Source of the DNA: an uncultured bacterium
GTDB taxonomy: Bacteria; Hydrothermota; UBA3073; NMUJ01; CBEVQO01
Length of the DNA stretch: 64,000 nucleotides
Direction: 5' to 3'
NCBI GenBank assembly: GCA_965552055.1
Contig: CBEVQO010000004.1
Location: forward strand, 160,001 to 224,000
Part shown: in pieces, positions 48,614-57,958 of the stretch
Layout of the letters: every line of letters starts with the position of its first letter
How positions within the stretch are numbered: the first letter of the stretch is position 1
The notes under the pieces: model-generated
Database searches by the model: none
What the model saw: the letters and a program-made list of their open reading frames with translations, nothing else
What the model was told of the DNA's origin: nothing
Program-made: the position numbers and the translations under genes

Positions 48614-51600
48614 TTTGCTATTTGTCCTTTCCCTTTTGCTTTTATTTCGTAAAGATAAACACCATTACTTACAATATCTCCAAAATCATCTCTTAAATCC
48701 CACATTATTTCGTTAAAGCCGGGATAACCCGATAATTCAATTTTTTTAACTAATCTGCCTTTTATAGTGTAAATCAAAATTTTTACATCAGCTTTGTCTG
48801 TTAGATAAAATCTAAATTTCGTCCAGTTGCCCTTTACTGGATTGGGATAATTTAAAGCACGCATAATTTTTAATTCGCCTGTACTTTTTATAATTGCAGT
48901 AAATTTGATTACCTTTCTATTGCCGGCATTATCCGAAACTTTAAAATATACGACTGCACTGTCATCTGGCTCAAGGTTCAAAACATAGGAGAAACTACCT
49001 TTATAGGGATTATTTATATCATATTTGAAATAGTCAGAAATACACTTGGGATAAGTAAATTGTGAGTCATTTATGCTTAAGCTCATGGCATAAGGTCCTT
49101 CTTTTTCTGCGATATTTATTCCCGAAGAGTCCCAGATAACCCCCGATAATACAAATTTTTTAGGCACAATAGCTCTATTTTTAATAAGCTCACCGTTTGC
49201 ATAGAGTATAACTTCTGGAGGGATGGTATCTTTGGGTCTGCCTTTAACCACAGGGATACTATCAATTCCAAGAGATGCTTCTCCATTTTCGTCGTAAATG
49301 TATATCGAAATCCTTCCAAGGTTTCCTGTTATCAGGTTCTGATTCGGTATAAAAAATTTGGCTTTAATTTTGTAATTTTTAATTTTATAGATGCCTTTAA
49401 AGAGAACATCGTAAAATCTCCTGTCATAATTTTCAAAAGAAAGGACATATCCCCTTGAGTAATATTTTAGATTTACATCGTAATCAGGGCTGTCAAGATA
49501 AGCAGAAGAAAAGCATGTTACTACGGCGTAACCTCTCGGGATAGAAGTTGTTGCTTCAATTGTGAAGCTTTCACCGCCTTTTAAAGTATCACTTTTGTTT
49601 ACAGAAATGATTTTATGATTTCTTTTAGACAGAACTAACAATGGGTCAGCCAGCAATACCCTATTAGCCCTGTTTGAATGTAATAATGCATACATAAAGG
49701 CGTCACCAGCAATTGATATAGAATCGACTAAAATTGCTTTTGCCATATTTTTACTTAATGATTTATAATCCGTTACTGTGCGTGTTGAACCTATTGTTAA
49801 GATAGCTCCTTTATTTTCTGCAGTAACAAGATATTCTGCCATACCGTCTTGAGAGGGTCTGTCAAAAGCAGCTACACCACATGCACCAAACAGAAACATA
49901 CAATACTTGCCTTTATTTGTCAGTGCATCTATACTTTGTGGATTTACAAAAAGCTTTTCAGAAGCTATTTGCTCGATACTCCCATGTCCCCAGTATATCA
50001 CAATATAACAGCCATCCGAAATTGCTCTGATTAATTCCTTTTGAGCACCTATTTTATCACCGGGGTCCCTTCCAGGATGCCATGATTCATCCTGATTTGT
50101 GCCATGATACTCTGTTGGATAAATTTTATAAACATCATAATTTTGAGGAATTAGAGGTACAAATTCATGTTCCATACTATTAGTGAACTCTAGGTTAATG
50201 CTTCCTCGCTGAGGGTCATATTCGTCTTCTGCTGTGCATACTATTTTATTTCTGAAATCTCCATAATTTTTTTCAAATTCTTTGATTTTATTCAAAATAT
50301 TTCTTACTTCTGTTAAATTTTTAGCTGGCAATCTGCCGATACACATTTCGGGATAGTCATCGTCTGTAAATTCTGCGAACCACCAATCGCAACATTTTGA
50401 AAGATTCGCAGGAACATAGCCAAATTCTCCAACCACTACACCTGTTTGATATACGGGTATCTTATTTTTAGCAACTTCTTCTTTATAATCGAAAGTCCCT
50501 GCACCAAGTAATAGGCAATAAAAAGGTTCTCCCCAGTTCTCATAGGCAAACCTTAAAAAATGCTTCAAAGCATAAGGTGTCCTTATTCCATAAGTGAAGT
50601 TGTTTACAATATCTTCAAAATCAACAACACATACCATTAAAGTATCGCCATAAATTTTTTTTCTATAGTTTGCCAGAATTTTTGCATAGTCTAAAAATTC
50701 GTGAGGACTCACAATTATATAATCTATCTTTCCATAATTTAATTTCTTAAGATTATCAATCTGTGCTTTTTCAATTGCCAGAGGTTTTTTTAAATTATGA
50801 GAGTAATAAAAAACTTCCATTCCATTTGCAGGATAATAAAAAATCAATGTATCTTTGTGAAAAGTTGTGTTACATATTCGTATGGGCTTTAAGGGGTTTG
50901 TGATGTTAAAAACAATTCCTTTTTCTTTTGCTCCCGCAATTTTAAACATTACAGTATCCATAGCGTATGCTTTGAATTTTAATTCTCCTTCTCTTACTAT
51001 GAATTTCCTTCGATAAATTACTTCATAAAAGTCAAAGAATATCTTATCATTTTTTATGGAGTTGCCTTTGAATAAAGTTAATGTAAATTTATTTTCTCCG
51101 GCTTTCAATGTATAAGCTGTGGCGGATGTATCGTCGCGATAGACACTTGGACCCTCTTTTGAGAAAGTGAGAAAAGTTGAATCATTTAAAGATAGTTTAA
51201 TGTTGTGAAGAAGATTGTCATCAATTTCTTTATAATTTGTCCAGTATCTATAATAACCTATTCTGATTTTGCATTCATTTGAATAAGGGTCATAGATATC
51301 GAAATAATAATCTCTTTTTACCTCCTGCTGTGTTATTCCTCTTTCTATTAATTCCCAGTATTTTGCGAGTCCACATTTTGTTGTGTAAATATCTTCTTCA
51401 ATATGTAAAGTATCTAAAAACCATTCGAAATACACGGGATTTTTGCAAGAGCTAGATACGAAACTATCACGCAGACCATCTTCTCCACCAAATGTAAGCC
51501 AGTAAACCATGGTGTCAGTATAAGGATTATAATAAAGATTATCGTTTTTACCCCAGCCATGCACACTTTGACCATAAAACAAAATATAAGAATTTTTGTC

Positions 51601-52347
51601 AAAAGTTATTCCGCTTTTTACATAAATTGGCACTTCTTTGAATTCTACACCATAAGGTATTTCTCTCTGTGGAGAGATTGCATAAATTTTTATAGTTTTT
51701 GGGTCTATCTGAGATGGGTCAATTCCGGCCTTTTTCAAGTCATTATAAGTTATTTTATAAATGCCTTCTTCAGTTATTTTTATTTTATAAAAGTCACCTG
51801 ATATTTGTTTAATTTTCTTTTTTCTTTCTAACTTTCGCCAATATTTTCCCGTCTCATAATTTATCACCGTTTTTTTAAGCAATTTTTCTATTCTTTTATC
51901 GGGTGGATTTTTTATTTTTTCTCCTTTTTCAAATTTTATTTCAACTTTTACAGCATCTGTTTTTTGCAAAATTTTTTTGACAGGGTTATATTTTTCGGGA
52001 GATATTTTGATTTGCACTATCCTGTAACCTCTAAAGATTCCGTCGTTTATTATTTCTGCAAATTTTTCAGGATAGAATTTGTCTTCTTCTTTGAAAGTAT
52101 CAGTAAGCCATGGAAGGATATTTCTCTTTAGATTTGCTTTTTCTTCTTTTAAATTTAAGGGGATGGCTTTTAATTTTAATTTTGCTCCATGGGGCGCGAT
52201 TATGTTTACAATGTAATGAGATGTAAATTCACCGTGAGATGTAATTTCATCTTTTTTTTCCGGGTGATAGATAAAAGTGAGAGAAGAAAGGGAAGAATTA
52301 ATGATTTTGCAGTAAGTCAGGATTATAAGGGTTAAGCGATACGCCAT
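48583..52347 (-). CDS. PorU-like C25 (gingipain-family) cysteine protease/sortase with C-terminal FlgD/CTD-like domain
   Basis: EEGIYKITY, YNPYTD..YWLT, LLLG, IGRLP, catalytic GHG and GACG..FD; C-terminal NYPNP...WDLRD...NGVYLY. Confidence 0.82.
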   Translation of the reverse strand: MAYRLTLIILTYCKIINSSLSSLTFIYHPEKKDEITSHGEFTSHYIVNIIAPHGAKLKLKAIPLNLKEEKANLKRNILPWLTDTFKEEDKFYPEKFAEIINDGIFRGYRIVQIKISPEKYNPVKKILQKTDAVKVEIKFEKGEKIKNPPDKRIEKLLKKTVINYETGKYWRKLERKKKIKQISGDFYKIKITEEGIYKITYNDLKKAGIDPSQIDPKTIKIYAISPQREIPYGVEFKEVPIYVKSGITFDKNSYILFYGQSVHGWGKNDNLYYNPYTDTMVYWLTFGGEDGLRDSFVSSSCKNPVYFEWFLDTLHIEEDIYTTKCGLAKYWELIERGITQQEVKRDYYFDIYDPYSNECKIRIGYYRYWTNYKEIDDNLLHNIKLSLNDSTFLTFSKEGPSVYRDDTSATAYTLKAGENKFTLTLFKGNSIKNDKIFFDFYEVIYRRKFIVREGELKFKAYAMDTVMFKIAGAKEKGIVFNITNPLKPIRICNTTFHKDTLIFYYPANGMEVFYYSHNLKKPLAIEKAQIDNLKKLNYGKIDYIIVSPHEFLDYAKILANYRKKIYGDTLMVCVVDFEDIVNNFTYGIRTPYALKHFLRFAYENWGEPFYCLLLGAGTFDYKEEVAKNKIPVYQTGVVVGEFGYVPANLSKCCDWWFAEFTDDDYPEMCIGRLPAKNLTEVRNILNKIKEFEKNYGDFRNKIVCTAEDEYDPQRGSINLEFTNSMEHEFVPLIPQNYDVYKIYPTEYHGTNQDESWHPGRDPGDKIGAQKELIRAISDGCYIVIYWGHGSIEQIASEKLFVNPQSIDALTNKGKYCMFLFGACGVAAFDRPSQDGMAEYLVTAENKGAILTIGSTRTVTDYKSLSKNMAKAILVDSISIAGDAFMYALLHSNRANRVLLADPLLVLSKRNHKIISVNKSDTLKGGESFTIEATTSIPRGYAVVTCFSSAYLDSPDYDVNLKYYSRGYVLSFENYDRRFYDVLFKGIYKIKNYKIKAKFFIPNQNLITGNLGRISIYIYDENGEASLGIDSIPVVKGRPKDTIPPEVILYANGELIKNRAIVPKKFVLSGVIWDSSGINIAEKEGPYAMSLSINDSQFTYPKCISDYFKYDINNPYKGSFSYVLNLEPDDSAVVYFKVSDNAGNRKVIKFTAIIKSTGELKIMRALNYPNPVKGNWTKFRFYLTDKADVKILIYTIKGRLVKKIELSGYPGFNEIMWDLRDDFGDIVSNGVYLYEIKAKGKGQIAKCRGKIVILR

Positions 52348-53246
52348 TCTGCGAGTTTAGTAGCAAGTGCGATTGAAGCCAGTTTAGATTTCTCTGAATC
52401 GGCTCGCGAAGTAAGGACACAGGGATGTGTTGTGCCTGTTACAATTGCAGCTATTTCACCTTTGCATAATTTTGTTATAGTTTTGAAAAACACATTACCA
52501 GATTCTATATTTGGGAAAATAAGTATATCTGCATCTCCTGCTACAGGGCTTTTTATTTTCTTTATTTCTGCTGCTTCCTTTGAAACTGCTGGGTCAAGTG
52601 CAAGTGGACCATCAACTATTGCTTTACCAATTTGTCCTCTTTCTGCCATTTTTGCTATAATGGCTGCTTCGGTTGTTGCTGGCATTTTGGGGCTTACTTT
52701 TTCTACTGCTGCGAGTAAGGCAACTTTTGGCATCTCAATACCAAGCGCATGTGCTACTTCAATTGCATATTTTGTGATTGCTATCTTTTGCTCGAGGTCA
52801 GGTGCAGGGATAACTGCTACATCTCCAAAAATTAAAAGCTTATGATAAGTTGGTATCTCTCCAACGGTTATATGGCTTAAAATTTGACCGGGTGGTAATA
52901 AGCCTTTTTGTTTATCAAGTATGCCTCGCATGTAGGTTGCAGTATCTACAAGCCCTTTCATCAGTATTGTGTTTTTGCTTTCCTTTACAATTTCTATTGA
53001 TTTGATTATCGCATTTTTGGGGTCTTCTTCTTTTTCTATTTTAAATTTATCCGGGTCAACATTGTGTTCTTTTGCTACTTTTTTAATCTCATCGGGATTT
53101 CCCACGAGCACTGCTTCTACAATTTCTTTTTCAACTGCTTCAGATACTGCGGATATCGTGTGAGGGTCCTCGCCTTTTGCTACCACTAATTTTCCAAATT
53201 TCTTGCCTTCGACTTCCTTTATTAAATCATCCAAACTTTTAATCAT
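52332..53246 (-). CDS. ptb: Phosphate butyryltransferase
   Basis: LMKGLVDT, DGPLALD, PNIESGN and LTSRADS; same operon as buk. Confidence 0.9.
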   Translation of the reverse strand: MIKSLDDLIKEVEGKKFGKLVVAKGEDPHTISAVSEAVEKEIVEAVLVGNPDEIKKVAKEHNVDPDKFKIEKEEDPKNAIIKSIEIVKESKNTILMKGLVDTATYMRGILDKQKGLLPPGQILSHITVGEIPTYHKLLIFGDVAVIPAPDLEQKIAITKYAIEVAHALGIEMPKVALLAAVEKVSPKMPATTEAAIIAKMAERGQIGKAIVDGPLALDPAVSKEAAEIKKIKSPVAGDADILIFPNIESGNVFFKTITKLCKGEIAAIVTGTTHPCVLTSRADSEKSKLASIALATKLAEWRIA

Positions 53247-53685
53247 TATCCCCTCCTTTATTTTTATCCTTAATGGATAATTTTTCGATTATAAATTTGG
53301 CTTCTTTAACTCCGATTTTTATAATCCTTGCATCATTACCGCCATTATAATAGCCATAGGAATGTATTACATCCCATACTGTGTCAAATGCATCAATAAT
53401 TTTGCCATCATGAACGGGATATTTTTTCAATATTCCCCAATAAGCATCTGTTGTTTTTGGTAAATTTTCATATTTTACTCCTCTTTTCATCAAATAACCA
53501 TCAATTGCAGATAGCACAGCTAACCACATCAATCCACATGCTTTTTGAACTTTTTTAATATTTGAATATCTATCGTTTTTTACTTCTATTTCATTTAAAA
53601 TTTCCTTTGCATTTTCAAAATATTCATTCGCTATTTTAAAACATTCTTCAGGTGTTTTCTTTTTTCTTTTCCATTTTATTTTCAT
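53239..53685 (-). CDS. DUF5618/HEPN-like helical protein
   Basis: YFENAKEIL...[14 protein letters not shown]...IHSYGYY, resembling HEPN/PaREP1-like proteins. Confidence 0.6.
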   Translation of the reverse strand: MKIKWKRKKKTPEECFKIANEYFENAKEILNEIEVKNDRYSNIKKVQKACGLMWLAVLSAIDGYLMKRGVKYENLPKTTDAYWGILKKYPVHDGKIIDAFDTVWDVIHSYGYYNGGNDARIIKIGVKEAKFIIEKLSIKDKNKGGDND

Positions 53686-54770
53686 CCTTCCCTTCCTTTG
53701 TATTCTTTAGGTTTTTCTTCGCCTCTTAATACTCTCAGTGCACCCATTGCAAGTGCTTCCATCTCTTTTTCACCGGGGAATACCATCACCTTTGCGATGA
53801 ATTTAACATATTCTTTTATCGAATTTGTGAAATCCTTTTCATTTGCCAGTCCGCCTGTTAAAACTATTGCATCAACCTCACCTTTGAGTGCCGCAGCAAG
53901 TGCACCTATTTCTTTTGCTATCTGATAGACCATTGCATCATAAATCAATTTTGCTTTTTTATCACCCTGAGCAATTCTTCTTTTTACTTCTTTAAAATCA
54001 TTTGTTCCCAAATATGCTACCATTCCTCCTTTTCCTGCCAATTTCTTTTTTAACTCATCTTTTGTGTATTTACCGGATAATGCAAGCTGTATTAAATCCC
54101 ATGCTGGCAAACCACCTGCTCTTTCCGGAGAAAAAGGACCATCACCGTTTAAAGCATTGTTTACATCGATAACTTTTCCCTTTTTATGAGCACCGATAGA
54201 AATTCCGCCTCCCATGTGCGCTACAATGAGATTACATTCTTCATATTTTTTTCCAAGTTCTTTTGCTGCCAATCTTGCTACATATTTCTGGTTTAAAGCG
54301 TGAAAAATGCTTCTTCTTGTAATTTCCGGTAAACCTGATATTTTTGCTATTTCTTCCATTTCATCGACTACAACCGGATCAACAATAAAAGCAGGAATGT
54401 TAAGAGGTTTTGCAATAGCATTTGCTATCAATGCACCGAGATTTGATGCATGTTCGCCCTGTACCCCCTGGCGCAGATGTTCAAGCATAAGTTCATTTAC
54501 TTTGTAAGTACCGCCTTCTTTTAAGGGATATAAAAGTCCTCCCCTGCCAACGACTGCCGATAATTCCTTAATATCTATTCCAGCGTCTTCCAATGTCTTT
54601 AGAATTATTTCTTTTCTGAATTCATACTGGTCAATTATTCTTTCGTATTTCGATAATTCTTCAACGGGGTGTTCAATTTTTTTATTGAGAATACATTTTT
54701 CGTTTTCGAATACTGCGATTTTTGTAGAAGTTGACCCGGGATTTATGACAAGAATTTTATAAACATCCAT
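53682..54770 (-). CDS. buk: Butyrate kinase
   Basis: [30 protein letters not shown] and LTGGLA. Confidence 0.95.
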   Translation of the reverse strand: MDVYKILVINPGSTSTKIAVFENEKCILNKKIEHPVEELSKYERIIDQYEFRKEIILKTLEDAGIDIKELSAVVGRGGLLYPLKEGGTYKVNELMLEHLRQGVQGEHASNLGALIANAIAKPLNIPAFIVDPVVVDEMEEIAKISGLPEITRRSIFHALNQKYVARLAAKELGKKYEECNLIVAHMGGGISIGAHKKGKVIDVNNALNGDGPFSPERAGGLPAWDLIQLALSGKYTKDELKKKLAGKGGMVAYLGTNDFKEVKRRIAQGDKKAKLIYDAMVYQIAKEIGALAAALKGEVDAIVLTGGLANEKDFTNSIKEYVKFIAKVMVFPGEKEMEALAMGALRVLRGEEKPKEYKGREG

Positions 54771-54783
54771 CTTCCCCCTCAAT

Positions 54784-54810
54784 ATTTTAATCTGTTCCTT
54801 AATTTGTCAA
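54784..54810 (-). promoter_or_regulatory. sigma70-like promoter TTGACA-N15-TAAAAT (buk)
   Basis: Upstream of a GAGGGGG RBS. Confidence 0.62.
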
Positions 54811-54822
54811 TTATTTTTTGAC

Positions 54823-54849
54823 TTGACAAATTAAAATTTTCAATATAAT
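54823..54849 (+). promoter_or_regulatory. sigma70-like promoter TTGACA-N15-TATAAT (tRNA-Leu)
   Basis: Perfect boxes ending 8 nt before the tRNA 5' end. Confidence 0.7.
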
Positions 54850-54857
54850 AAATGAGT

Positions 54858-54941
54858 GCCGAGGTGGCGGAATTGGTAGACGCACCAGTTTGAGGGACTG
54901 GGGCCCGTATGGGCGTGCAGGTTCGAGTCCTGTCCTCGGCA
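54858..54941 (+). tRNA. tRNA-Leu (anticodon GAG), CCA not encoded directly after the discriminator
   Basis: Acceptor stem GCCGAGG/CCTCGGC-A, D-loop GGAATTGGTAGAC, anticodon arm CCAGT-TTGAGGG-ACTGG, long variable arm and GTTCGAGTCC. Confidence 0.96.
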
Positions 54942-54949
54942 CTCCATTT

Positions 54950-55159
54950 TTATTCCTTACTTAAAAACCAATATAAACCAAAAGTCCCAATGGGATCAGC
55001 AATTGATATTTCCTTTCTGTGAAAATTTATTTCCAATAAAAAAGCCAAAGGTATCTCTGATAGCATGGTAAGGTTTTAATTTTAATTTATTTGAGATTTT
55101 TCCCTTACAGTGTCTCCCTTTGCTTCTTTTACTGCCAATAAAAATACAAACACAAGCAT
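54950..55159 (-). pseudogene. Degraded small secreted/membrane protein gene
   Basis: Own promoter and RBS; MLVFVFLLAVKE... is interrupted by two in-frame TAA codons and the same frame continues to ...ADPIGTFGLYWFLSKE*. Confidence 0.45.
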
Positions 55160-55173
55160 ACTCCCCCTTACTC

Positions 55174-55200
55174 ATATTAACCCTATTTTAAAAATGTCAA
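55174..55200 (-). promoter_or_regulatory. sigma70-like promoter TTGACA-N15-TAATAT
   Basis: Upstream of an AAGGGGGAG RBS and ATG at 55159. Confidence 0.5.
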
Positions 55201-55217
55201 TATAAAAAATTTTATTA

Positions 55218-55312
55218 CGAGCGAAGCGAGTGCATTACCAATGGGTTGTGAGCCAACACCCCGACTGAAAGGAGGGGTGTGCACGAGGGCGGTGGGGACA
55301 GGGAGGCGGGGC
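55218..55312. other. GC-rich structured intergenic element
   Basis: GCGAAGC mini-hairpin and ACACCCC-GA-CT-GAA-AG-GA-GGGGTGT stem-loop in AT-rich surroundings. Confidence 0.5.
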
Positions 55313-55321
55313 TAAAAATAT

Positions 55322-55348
55322 TTGACAAAACAATTATTCGATTAAAAT
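55322..55348 (+). promoter_or_regulatory. sigma70-like promoter TTGACA-N15-TAAAAT
   Basis: ATG at 55355 lies 6 nt after the -10 box. Confidence 0.65.
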
Positions 55349-55354
55349 TATTGA

Positions 55355-56332
55355 ATGGTTAATCTTAAAAATATATTGGATAGTTTAGACGCCGGAATAA
55401 TGATTACCGATATAAATTTAAACATAAATACAGTTAACAAAGCTTTACTAAAAATGTTAAAAAAGCAATCCAGCGAATTGATCAATAAAAATTTGCTTCA
55501 AATACCCTTTTTAAAAGATCTGGAAAAAGAAGATGTTATCAGGATTAAGCTGGAAGACAATTCTTATTTAGTTAAGAAATTGCCCATTACCGAAGGAGGA
55601 ATTAATCTGGGTTTCCTTATAATTTTTAACGATATAACAAAGGAAAAAGAAAGGACAGAAAATATAATTTTTGATTTTATCACCAAAGTATCACATGAGA
55701 TGCGCACACCTTTATCTGTTATGAAAGGTTATATTACAATGATGCTCACAGACCCAACGATAACAAAAGAAGAAAGAAAAGAAATTTTAAAGACGATGGA
55801 GAAAGAATGTGAGAGATTGGAAAGGATTATTGAAAATGTGCTCGATACTGCCAGAATAGAAACAGGACAAATTAGATATAAACCCCAAAAAATTAATTTG
55901 AAAGATACATTATCACATACAATTTCTCTATTTGATAGAAAGATAAAGGAAAAGAATTTAAGTTTTGAAGAAAAGATAGAAGATATAGAAATTACGGCAG
56001 ACCCCACTCTTTTATCTCAGGCAATTTTGAATTTGCTTGATAATGCGATAAAATTTACTCCTGCAGGTGGCAGAATATGGCTTCATGCACAAAGAAGCGG
56101 TAATCAGGTGAGAATAGAAGTAGGGGATACCGGTTCGGGCATTCCCAGAGATATTTTACCCAATATTTTTGATAGATTTTACAGGGCAGAAGATAAAGCT
56201 CATACATTGCCAGGCTTGGGGCTCGGACTTTACATAACAAGGGAAATAGTAGAAATGCATAGAGGCAGGATAGAAGTAGAAAGTGAAGAAGGTAAGGGGA
56301 CTGTTTTCAGAATTTACTTACCTTATGAATGA
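55355..56332 (+). CDS. Cytoplasmic PAS-HisKA-HATPase sensor kinase
   Basis: PAS-like N-terminus, SHEMRTPL, NLLDNAIKF, DTGSGI and GLGLGL; no TM segment. Confidence 0.92.
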   Translation: MVNLKNILDSLDAGIMITDINLNINTVNKALLKMLKKQSSELINKNLLQIPFLKDLEKEDVIRIKLEDNSYLVKKLPITEGGINLGFLIIFNDITKEKERTENIIFDFITKVSHEMRTPLSVMKGYITMMLTDPTITKEERKEILKTMEKECERLERIIENVLDTARIETGQIRYKPQKINLKDTLSHTISLFDRKIKEKNLSFEEKIEDIEITADPTLLSQAILNLLDNAIKFTPAGGRIWLHAQRSGNQVRIEVGDTGSGIPRDILPNIFDRFYRAEDKAHTLPGLGLGLYITREIVEMHRGRIEVESEEGKGTVFRIYLPYE

Positions 56333-57110
56333 AATCCAGAAGATAAAAGATTTTTTGAAAAAAGTAAAAAAGATAGTTGCATTAACTGGTGCCGGTATTT
56401 CACAGGAGTCGGGCATTCCTACATTTAGAGGAAAAGGTGGATTATGGGAGCGCTATGACCCCGAAAAATATGCAACACTTGCAGGTGTGATTGCGCTTTT
56501 AACCTTTCAACCGCAGAACCTTGCTAAATTTGCGACAGAACTTTACGAAACAATAATGCATGCAAAGCCTTCAAAAGCACATTATATTTTGGCAAAATTA
56601 GAACATTCGGGAAAACTACTCGCTACAATAACACAAAATATCGATAATTTACATCAGGAAGCAGGGCAAAAAAGAGTGATAGAATTACACGGAAATATTT
56701 TTGAATATCGATGCGATAAATGTGGCAAAATCGAGAAAATGGAAAAAGAATATTTTGAAGAGAAAATTGAGTTTTTAAAGAAAAGACCTACTCGAAAAAA
56801 TCTCATAGCGTTTTTGTTTAGAAAATGTGATTGCAAAGGTAAAATGCGTCCCAATATTGTTATGTTTGGCGAAAGTTTGCCACGAGATGCTTTGAGAAAA
56901 GCATATGAATTAATGGAAGAAACAGAAGCAGTTCTCTTAATAGGCACATCAGGTATTGTTGCACCAGCATGTTATTTGCCACATCATGCTAAATCTTTTG
57001 AAAAAGTCATAATCGAGATTTCTCCAGAAGAAACAGCCCTTACACCCATCTGTGACTTCTCAATAAGAGGAAAAGCATCACAAACTTTATCCTTACTTTT
57101 TGAAGAATGA
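56325..57110 (+). CDS. cobB: NAD-dependent protein deacylase (sirtuin)
   Basis: GAGISQESGIPTFRG, TQNIDNLH, ELHG and Zn-binding cysteines. Confidence 0.9.
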   Translation: MNEIQKIKDFLKKVKKIVALTGAGISQESGIPTFRGKGGLWERYDPEKYATLAGVIALLTFQPQNLAKFATELYETIMHAKPSKAHYILAKLEHSGKLLATITQNIDNLHQEAGQKRVIELHGNIFEYRCDKCGKIEKMEKEYFEEKIEFLKKRPTRKNLIAFLFRKCDCKGKMRPNIVMFGESLPRDALRKAYELMEETEAVLLIGTSGIVAPACYLPHHAKSFEKVIIEISPEETALTPICDFSIRGKASQTLSLLFEE

Positions 57111-57958
57111 TTTCAATCATCATTCCAAATTTTAACGGTAAAAATTTATTAAAAAGGAATTTACCTAATCTCTTAAAAGTTTTAAAAAAAGCAAATTTTA
57201 AGTGGGAAATAATTATCGTTGATGATGGAAGTACGGATGGCTCTGTCTCCTTTTTGAGGGAGAACTTTAAAGAAATTAAAGTGATAGAAAAACCGCATAC
57301 AGGTTTTGCCGATAGTTTAAACAAAGGTGCGAAAGTTGCTTCTTATGATATATTATATTTTATGAATTCCGATATAGAAGTTTTTGAAGATTTTTTAACC
57401 CCTTTGCTCTCTCATTTTAAGTCAAAGAAAGTTTTTGCAGTGGGCAGTGCTGCTTTTTCTAAAGAAGGAAAACTTATATCATCTAAATGTGAATTGATTT
57501 TTAAAAGAGGATTATTAGATGTAAATCGTGAAACTGTTCTTTCAAAAGATACCTGTGAGTGTGATTGTGTATCTGCCGGGCATTCAGCCTTTTCGAAAAA
57601 GATTTTTTTAAAATTAAACGGCTTTGATACATTATTTTACCCATTTTATTTTGAAGATGTTGATTTATGTTACAGGGCAAAAATTTTGGGTTATAAAATT
57701 CTTTTTGAACCCAGAAGTAAAGTCATACATCCTGCTGGTACCACCATTTCAAAATATTATAATAGGAGAAAAAAAGAAATCATTCACAGAAGAAATAAGT
57801 TACTCTTTAACTGGTGTAATCTGTCTTTTAAGAAATTATTTTTGCATATTATTTTTTTGCCGTTATATTTTTTAAAAATTTCGTTTTTTATATCTTTTTT
57901 GTATGCGATTTCGAAGTTGCCTTATGTTTATAAAAGGAGAAGATGGAAATATCTGTAA
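57107..57958 (+). CDS. Glycosyltransferase family 2
   Basis: IIIPNFNG, VDDGSTD, NSD and FEDVDLC. Confidence 0.9.
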   Translation: MISIIIPNFNGKNLLKRNLPNLLKVLKKANFKWEIIIVDDGSTDGSVSFLRENFKEIKVIEKPHTGFADSLNKGAKVASYDILYFMNSDIEVFEDFLTPLLSHFKSKKVFAVGSAAFSKEGKLISSKCELIFKRGLLDVNRETVLSKDTCECDCVSAGHSAFSKKIFLKLNGFDTLFYPFYFEDVDLCYRAKILGYKILFEPRSKVIHPAGTTISKYYNRRKKEIIHRRNKLLFNWCNLSFKKLFLHIIFLPLYFLKISFFISFLYAISKLPYVYKRRRWKYL

